NCBI GenBank assembly: GCA_946529215.1 | Contig: CAMMZC010000003.1 | Span: forward strand, 3,976-67,975 | Direction: 5' to 3' | From: an uncultured Clostridia bacterium | GTDB lineage: Bacteria > Bacillota > Clostridia > TANB77 > CAG-508 | Length of the DNA stretch: 64,000 nt | Part shown: positions 58,752-64,000 of the stretch, piece after piece | Numbering within the stretch: the first letter of the stretch is position 1 | Layout: each line of letters opens with the position of its first letter | Made by a program: the position numbers and the translations under genes | Notes under the pieces: model-generated | Databases searched by the model: none | Told to the model about the DNA's origin: nothing | Seen by the model: only the letters and a program-made list of their open reading frames with translations

Positions 58752-59939
58752 TTACTTATCTAATAAAGCTTCAATTCCTGGTAATTTCTTACCCTCTAAA
58801 AATTCTAATGAAGCTCCTCCACCTGTAGAAACATGTGAAATTTTATCTGCAAGACCTGCTTTTTCTACAGCTGCGGCTGAATCTCCTCCACCTACAATTG
58901 TAATTGCATCATTTAAGTTTGCTAGTTTATGAGCTATAGCATCTGTTCCAACTGCGAATTGATCAAACTCAAATAATCCTAAAGGTCCATTCCATACTAT
59001 AGTTTTAGCTCCATTTAATTCTTTCCTAAACATTTCTATAGTTTTTTCTCCTATATCAAAACCTTGCCATCCATCTGGAATATCTGTCCAAGCTACAGTT
59101 TTGCTTTCTGTATCTGGCTTATATTCTTTTCCTATTTTTGTATCTATAGGAAGCACCATTTTTACACCTTTTTCTTTAGCTTTTGCCATTAATTCTAAAG
59201 CTAAGTCGCATTTATCCTCTTCACATAAAGAATCTCCAACACTATATCCTTGTGCTTTGAAAAATGTATATGCCATTGCTCCACCAATCATTAATGTATC
59301 TACTTTTTCTAATAAACTATCTATTACACCAATTTTATCAGAAACTTTAGCTCCACCTAAAATTGCAACATAAGGTCTTTTTGGATTTTCTAATGCATTT
59401 CCTAAAAATGTTAATTCTTTTTCTATCAAAAATCCTGATACAGCAGGTAAATATTTTGTTACTCCTTCTGTAGAAGCATGTGCTCTATGTGCTGTTCCAA
59501 ATGCATCATTTACAAATACTTCTCCAAATTCGGCTAATTTTTTAGCAAATTCAGGATCATTATCTGTTTCTTCTCTATGAAATCTAAGATTTTCTAATAA
59601 TAATATTTCTCCATTTTTTAATTTATTTGCTTTTTTAGTTGCATCTTCACCAATTACATCTTTTGCCATAACTACATCTGTTTTTAATTGTTTTGAAAGC
59701 TCTTTTGCAACAGGTGCTAAAGAAAATTCAGGTTTAAACTCTCCTTTTGGTCTTCCTAAATGTGAACATAAAACTATTTTGCAATTTTGTTCTAATAAGT
59801 ATTTTATAGTTGGAAGTGCAGCTACAATTCTTCTGTTATCTGTTATATTTCTATTTTCATCCATTGGAACATTAAAGTCACATCTAACTAAAACTTTTTT
59901 ATCTTTTAAATCTATATCTTTCACTGTTTTTTTATTCAT
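58752..59939 (-). CDS. pgk: Phosphoglycerate kinase
   Basis: [25 protein letters not shown]... Start at ATG 59939 with RBS AAAGGATGG. Confidence 0.93.
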   Translation of the reverse strand: MNKKTVKDIDLKDKKVLVRCDFNVPMDENRNITDNRRIVAALPTIKYLLEQNCKIVLCSHLGRPKGEFKPEFSLAPVAKELSKQLKTDVVMAKDVIGEDATKKANKLKNGEILLLENLRFHREETDNDPEFAKKLAEFGEVFVNDAFGTAHRAHASTEGVTKYLPAVSGFLIEKELTFLGNALENPKRPYVAILGGAKVSDKIGVIDSLLEKVDTLMIGGAMAYTFFKAQGYSVGDSLCEEDKCDLALELMAKAKEKGVKMVLPIDTKIGKEYKPDTESKTVAWTDIPDGWQGFDIGEKTIEMFRKELNGAKTIVWNGPLGLFEFDQFAVGTDAIAHKLANLNDAITIVGGGDSAAAVEKAGLADKISHVSTGGGASLEFLEGKKLPGIEALLDK

Positions 59940-60002
59940 AAATATCCATCCTTTCATAAATAAATGGGTAGAAAAGTTCCCCCTCCACCCATATTTTTCA
60001 AC

Positions 60003-61019
60003 CTAATTTAATTCTGCAAAATACTTAATAGTTCTAACCATCTGACTAGTATATGAATTTTCATTATCATACCAAGCAACTACTTGTACTTGATATAAAT
60101 CATCTGCAAGCTTCATACACATTGTTTGTGTACTATCAAATAATGAACCACATGTAATTCCAATAATATCTGAAGATACTAATGGCTCATCTGTATATCC
60201 AAATGAAGCACTTTCTTGAGCTTTCATTGCTGCATTTATAGAATCTGGTGTAATATCTGTTCCTTTAACAACTGCTGTTAAAATTGTTGTTGATCCTGTA
60301 GGAACTGGAACTCTTTGTGCTGATCCAATTAATTTCCCATTTAATTCAGGTATAACTAGTCCAATTGCTTTAGCAGCTCCTGTTGAGTTTGGTACAATAT
60401 TTACTGCTGCAGCTCTTGCTCTTCTTAAATCACCTTTTCTGTGTGGACCATCTAATAACATTTGGTCTCCAGTATATGCATGAACTGTTGTCATTATTCC
60501 TGATTGGATTGGTGCATAATCATTTAATGCTTTTGCCATTGGTGCTAAGCAGTTTGTTGTACAAGAAGCAGCTGAAATAACTGTATCTTCTTTCTTTAAT
60601 ATGTTTTCATTAACTCCAAATACTACTGTTGGTAAATCACTTCCTGCAGGTGCTGATATAACAACTTTTTTAGCACCAGCTCTTATATGAGCTTCTGCTT
60701 TTTCTTTTGTTGTATAAAATCCTGTACATTCTAATACAACGTCTACATCTAATTCTCCCCATGGTAATTGAGACGCATCTGCCATTGCATATATTTTTAT
60801 TGTTTTTCCATCTACTGTTATAGAGTCTTCTCCTGCTACTACTGTATCTGCCTTATCATATCTTTTTTGACATGAATCATATTTTAATAAATGAGCTAAC
60901 ATTTTTGGACTTGTTAAGTCGTTTATTGCAACAACCTCATATCCTTCTGCTCCAAACATTTGTCTAAATGCTAGACGTCCTATTCTTCCAAAACCATTAA
61001 TGGCTACTTTTACTGCCAT
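60003..61019 (-). CDS. gap: Glyceraldehyde-3-phosphate dehydrogenase
   Basis: 338 aa. INGFGRIGR and [10 protein letters not shown] motifs. Confidence 0.95.
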   Translation of the reverse strand: MAVKVAINGFGRIGRLAFRQMFGAEGYEVVAINDLTSPKMLAHLLKYDSCQKRYDKADTVVAGEDSITVDGKTIKIYAMADASQLPWGELDVDVVLECTGFYTTKEKAEAHIRAGAKKVVISAPAGSDLPTVVFGVNENILKKEDTVISAASCTTNCLAPMAKALNDYAPIQSGIMTTVHAYTGDQMLLDGPHRKGDLRRARAAAVNIVPNSTGAAKAIGLVIPELNGKLIGSAQRVPVPTGSTTILTAVVKGTDITPDSINAAMKAQESASFGYTDEPLVSSDIIGITCGSLFDSTQTMCMKLADDLYQVQVVAWYDNENSYTSQMVRTIKYFAELN

Positions 61020-61065
61020 AAAAATTCCTCCTTTTTATTTAGCTTCATATATTTTATTATAAAGC

Positions 61066-61162
61066 AAAAATCGTTAGATTTTTGTGAATATAAAAAGACA
61101 AAGTTTCTTATATTCGTGCGATTGCAAAGCAATCTGTACATATGCGAAGCTACTTTTCTTAT
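61066..61162. repeat. Repeat family C copy 2 upstream of gap
   Basis: See copy 1. Here the hairpin loop reads aaa rather than ttt. Similarity continues weakly for about 100 bp further upstream (ttttgcaag...atttttttt). Confidence 0.6.
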
Positions 61163-61298
61163 TTTGCCTTTTTAAGACAATTTTATTCTATACTATTAAT
61201 AGTTTTTTTGCAAGTGTTTTTCAAAAATTTTTTTTAAATATTTAGACTCTTCATCAAAAAAAAATATACTAACACTATTAACTAGTAATCAGTATATT

Positions 61299-61574
61299 TT
61301 AGTTGTTATAATGACCTTTACAAGAAATAATTTTCACGCAATCATTATCTATTGTATAAACTATTCTATTTACATCATCTATTCTTCTACTCCAAAATCC
61401 CAACAAGTTATCTTTTAGAGGTTCAGGTTTTCCAATGCCTTCATAAAAATTTCTATTTATGTCTTTTATTAATAAATTGATTCTTTTTAAAGTCTTTTTG
61501 TCCTGTTTTTGCCAATAGCAATAATCTTGCCACGCTCTTTCTTCCCATAAAATTTTCATATTATTTATCATCAT
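61299..61574 (-). CDS. yoeB: YoeB/Txe-family type II toxin
   Basis: KILWEERAWQDYCYWQKQDKK...GKPEPLKDNLLGFWSRRIDDVNRIVY...KGHY. Start ambiguous (ATG at 61574, 61571 or 61559), overlapping the antitoxin stop. Confidence 0.8.
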   Translation of the reverse strand: MMINNMKILWEERAWQDYCYWQKQDKKTLKRINLLIKDINRNFYEGIGKPEPLKDNLLGFWSRRIDDVNRIVYTIDNDCVKIISCKGHYNN

Positions 61575-61839
61575 CCTCTATTAAATCATGCTCTTCAAAT
61601 TTTGCTTTTCCTGTTTTAATATCAGATACAATTTTTTCAAGATATTCTATATTACTTTTAGAATAAAATGGGTCTATTTTTATTTCAAATGGTAATCTTC
61701 TTTCTCTTAGTACTGTTTTTATAAACATATTTATTGCTACTGATACATTCATACCTGCTTCATTACAAAATAATTCAAAATTCTTTTTATCTAATTCATT
61801 AACTCTTACACTTAAATTTGTTTGAGCCATAAAAATCAC
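61561..61839 (-). CDS. RelB/DinJ-type (RHH) antitoxin paired with YoeB
   Basis: 92 aa. MAQTNLSVRVNELDKKNFELFCNEAGMNVSVAINMFIKTVLRERRLPFEI is a DinJ/RelB N-domain. Acidic C-terminus. Confidence 0.7.
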   Translation of the reverse strand: MIFMAQTNLSVRVNELDKKNFELFCNEAGMNVSVAINMFIKTVLRERRLPFEIKIDPFYSKSNIEYLEKIVSDIKTGKAKFEEHDLIEDDDK

Positions 61840-61952
61840 TTCCTTTTAGTATATTATATTACAAATATATTATTTTGTCAATACATTGTATTATTTTGCA
61901 CTCTATAGCTCCATTTTATACTATATATAATTAAAATTATTTATTATCTATT

Positions 61953-62483
61953 TTACGCTACCTCTGTCACATACTCATATTCTTCATAACTTGGCATATA
62001 TTTTTCTATCATATCCCAAAATTTTTTAGTATTTGCTCTATATTTTAGATGGCAAAATTCATATAAAACTACATATCTTAAAACTTCTTTATTATATTTA
62101 ACTATTTCAGGATTTATAACTATAGTTTTGTCTTTTAATGTTTTTGCAAGTTTATTTGGAATTCTTTTTATGACATAGTTTTCTGGTGCAATACCTTTTA
62201 GCTTAATTCTTGTTTCTTCCATAATATTTTCTATTTCAACTCTTGCAATTTCATCATACATTTTTTCTAATGCTAATTTTAAAATATTTACATCACTATT
62301 TCTTTTATATTTAAGTGGTAAATTAATTTCTATATTTTTTCCATTTAAATCTAGTTCAGGATTTTTTATTTTTTTATATATTATTTTTATCTCATAACTT
62401 TCTCCAAATATTTTTGCGTCTTTTCCTAATACTTTTTCTAAATTTGTTTTTCTATTTAATAATTTTAACATAATACAATCCAT
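61953..62483 (-). CDS. DUF45/YgjP-like (M48-type) putative metallohydrolase, possibly inactive
   Basis: 176 aa. C-terminal VVLYEFCHLKYRANTKKFWDMI resembles the YgjP HELxH...FW motif, but with Tyr where the first His normally sits. Confidence 0.5.
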   Translation of the reverse strand: MDCIMLKLLNRKTNLEKVLGKDAKIFGESYEIKIIYKKIKNPELDLNGKNIEINLPLKYKRNSDVNILKLALEKMYDEIARVEIENIMEETRIKLKGIAPENYVIKRIPNKLAKTLKDKTIVINPEIVKYNKEVLRYVVLYEFCHLKYRANTKKFWDMIEKYMPSYEEYEYVTEVA

Positions 62484-62731
62484 CCCTTTCTTTTTTGCTT
62501 TCTAGGACACATACCATGTAAATCGCTTTGCATTCTTGCTTTTTATATATCTAAATTCTAAATTTATGCCCTAAATATTTATTGTGAACTCTTGTTCGCT
62601 TTGCTGATTGTATTATATATCGTATTTTTTATTTTGTCAATACTTTTTTTAAAAGTTTTTCAAATTTCTGTTCGTATTCTTGTAAATCCTTATTAAACCT
62701 ATTATTGGTCATTATTTAATTATCTACGCAT

Positions 62732-63616
62732 CTATAAATTGGTTAATAAATTATTTAATTTATTACTTAAATCACATTTAATTACCAACTCTTTTGAAGT
62801 TACTGGATGTAAAAATTTTAGTTTATAGCAATGTAGAGCCTGCCCTTCTATTAAATCACTTTTTTTACCATATAATGAATCTCCTAAAAGTGGATGACCA
62901 ATATATGCAAAATGTACACGTATTTGATGTGTTCTTCCTGTTAATAATCTGCATTTTACTAAATTATTATTACTAAATTCGCTTATAACTTCATATTCTG
63001 TTATTGCCCTTTGTCCTGTTTCAGATACACATCTTTCTATAATGCTTCCTTCTTTCCTTTCAATAGGTTTATCTATTATTCCTTTTTTATATTCTAAAAC
63101 TCCTGTTACAATTGCTAAATACTCTTTTGTAAAAGTTTTTGTTTGCATTTGTTTAATTAGATTTTCCTGAATATATTCATTTTTTGCAAAAATAACTAGA
63201 CCTGATGTATTTAAATCTAGTCGATTTACAGGTCTAATTTTTTTATGAATTCCAATAGTTTCAAAATAGTATTTTACTCCACTTGCAATAGAATCTTCAT
63301 AATGCCTAATTGAAGGATGAATTGCAATTCCTGAAGGTTTATTTATTATTAACATTGCTTCATCTTCATATACTATATCTAAATTCATTTGTTTTGAAAC
63401 TATGTTTGAATTATCTTCTTCATAGTTTAGGTCTATTGTTATTACATCATTTTCAGTAACTTTAAGTCTCGTATCTATATTTACACCATTTACAAAAATT
63501 CTTTTGTCTCTTATAAGTTTTGTAAATAGCCTATTTGACAAATCAAATTTTTGATTAATTATTTCATTTATTATTTTATTTGTATCATTTTTATTTACAA
63601 TATATTTAAGTATCAT
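62732..63616 (-). CDS. RluA-family 23S rRNA pseudouridine synthase (RluD-like, S4 domain)
   Basis: 294 aa. HRLDLNTSGLVIFAKN catalytic Asp motif and N-terminal S4-like region. Confidence 0.85.
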   Translation of the reverse strand: MILKYIVNKNDTNKIINEIINQKFDLSNRLFTKLIRDKRIFVNGVNIDTRLKVTENDVITIDLNYEEDNSNIVSKQMNLDIVYEDEAMLIINKPSGIAIHPSIRHYEDSIASGVKYYFETIGIHKKIRPVNRLDLNTSGLVIFAKNEYIQENLIKQMQTKTFTKEYLAIVTGVLEYKKGIIDKPIERKEGSIIERCVSETGQRAITEYEVISEFSNNNLVKCRLLTGRTHQIRVHFAYIGHPLLGDSLYGKKSDLIEGQALHCYKLKFLHPVTSKELVIKCDLSNKLNNLLTNL

Positions 63617-63628
63617 AAAACTCCTTTT

Positions 63629-64000
63629 TCAGATATTTTCACATATAAAATCTATTACACCAAAATCATTTTCTGGCAAATTTGCTTTTTCTTCGTCTGT
63701 TATTTCGGTACAGTATTTATTAAGGTTTTTATTAATTGAAATTGCACCTAAAGGGTATCCTGGATTAATTTTAGTAGATATTTTATCCACCATATAAAGA
63801 TCATCTTCACTCCATATATATGTTTTTTCTTCTCCATTTTTTATTAAAGCTATTCCATATATCCATCTACAGGGTAATTTACCATCAACTCCATAATCTC
63901 TTACTAATTTAGTATAATGTTCAATCATCTCTTCGTCAGTTAATCTCTTATCATTTACTCTTCTAACATACATTCCAGGTTGTTTATCATCTGGAACTTT
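63629..64000 (-). CDS. Hypothetical protein, 5' end possibly beyond window
   Basis: ORF open to the window edge. An internal ATG at 63973 is a possible start. No motif recognised. Confidence 0.35.
   Translation of the reverse strand, partial: KVPDDKQPGMYVRRVNDKRLTDEEMIEHYTKLVRDYGVDGKLPCRWIYGIALIKNGEEKTYIWSEDDLYMVDKISTKINPGYPLGAISINKNLNKYCTEITDEEKANLPENDFGVIDFICENI

Overview
This is an AT-rich (about 27% GC) window that looks like a Firmicutes/Clostridia-type chromosome, almost entirely coding and mostly on the minus strand.

Housekeeping content:
- Peptidases and cell-wall: alr, pepF, pepV.
- Ribosomal and glycolytic: pgi, rplU-rpmA, rpsF-ssb-rpsR, and a glycolytic operon gap-pgk-[ispH-mazG-like]-tpiA-gpmI-[yezG-like]-eno.
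- Stress and nucleic-acid metabolism: a small alarmone synthetase, rel, recJ, rny, nrdD, tcdA, an RluA-family pseudouridine synthase.
- Other: a xerC/D-type recombinase, an MIP aquaporin, rpe, a YhaN/YhaO (SbcCD-like) pair, and a dlt-like D-alanylation cluster.
- RNA genes: tRNA-fMet (16322..16397, +) and tRNA-Thr (31048..31123, -).

The most unusual segment is roughly 16.4-27.4 kb, a minus-strand gene block lying between tRNA-fMet and the YhaN/YhaO pair that precedes tRNA-Thr. It encodes a 691-aa tandem TIR-like + TPR protein, a rhomboid-like membrane protein, a 1270-aa protein with two DUF4062/TIR-like modules + TPR + C-terminal beta-sandwich repeats, and a membrane Rossmann(TrkA_N-like)+RyR-domain protein tightly coupled to a 96-aa RyR-domain protein. 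A DUF1189-like membrane protein and a GC-richer candidate structured small RNA lie at its far end. I read this block as a candidate conflict/defense island, by inference only.

Other things worth a second look:
- Three families of intergenic repeats, each present twice: a roughly 205-bp element with about 20-bp terminal inverted repeats (one copy inside the dlt-like operon, one upstream of the aquaporin gene); an about 90-190-bp element upstream of nrdD and downstream of an MBL hydrolase gene; and a roughly 100-200-bp module shared by the regions upstream of gap and eno.
- A YezG/DUF600-type immunity gene inserted between gpmI and eno.
- A dlt-like operon carrying an extra PLP-dependent decarboxylase.
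- A YoeB toxin with a RelB/DinJ-type antitoxin.
- A possible frameshift in a poly-A run that splits one gene into two overlapping ORFs (6029..8153).
- Tandem DNA repeats inside a coiled-coil protein gene.

No CRISPR array, rRNA or obvious IS transposase was seen. All functional calls are from motif recognition by eye. No database search was run.
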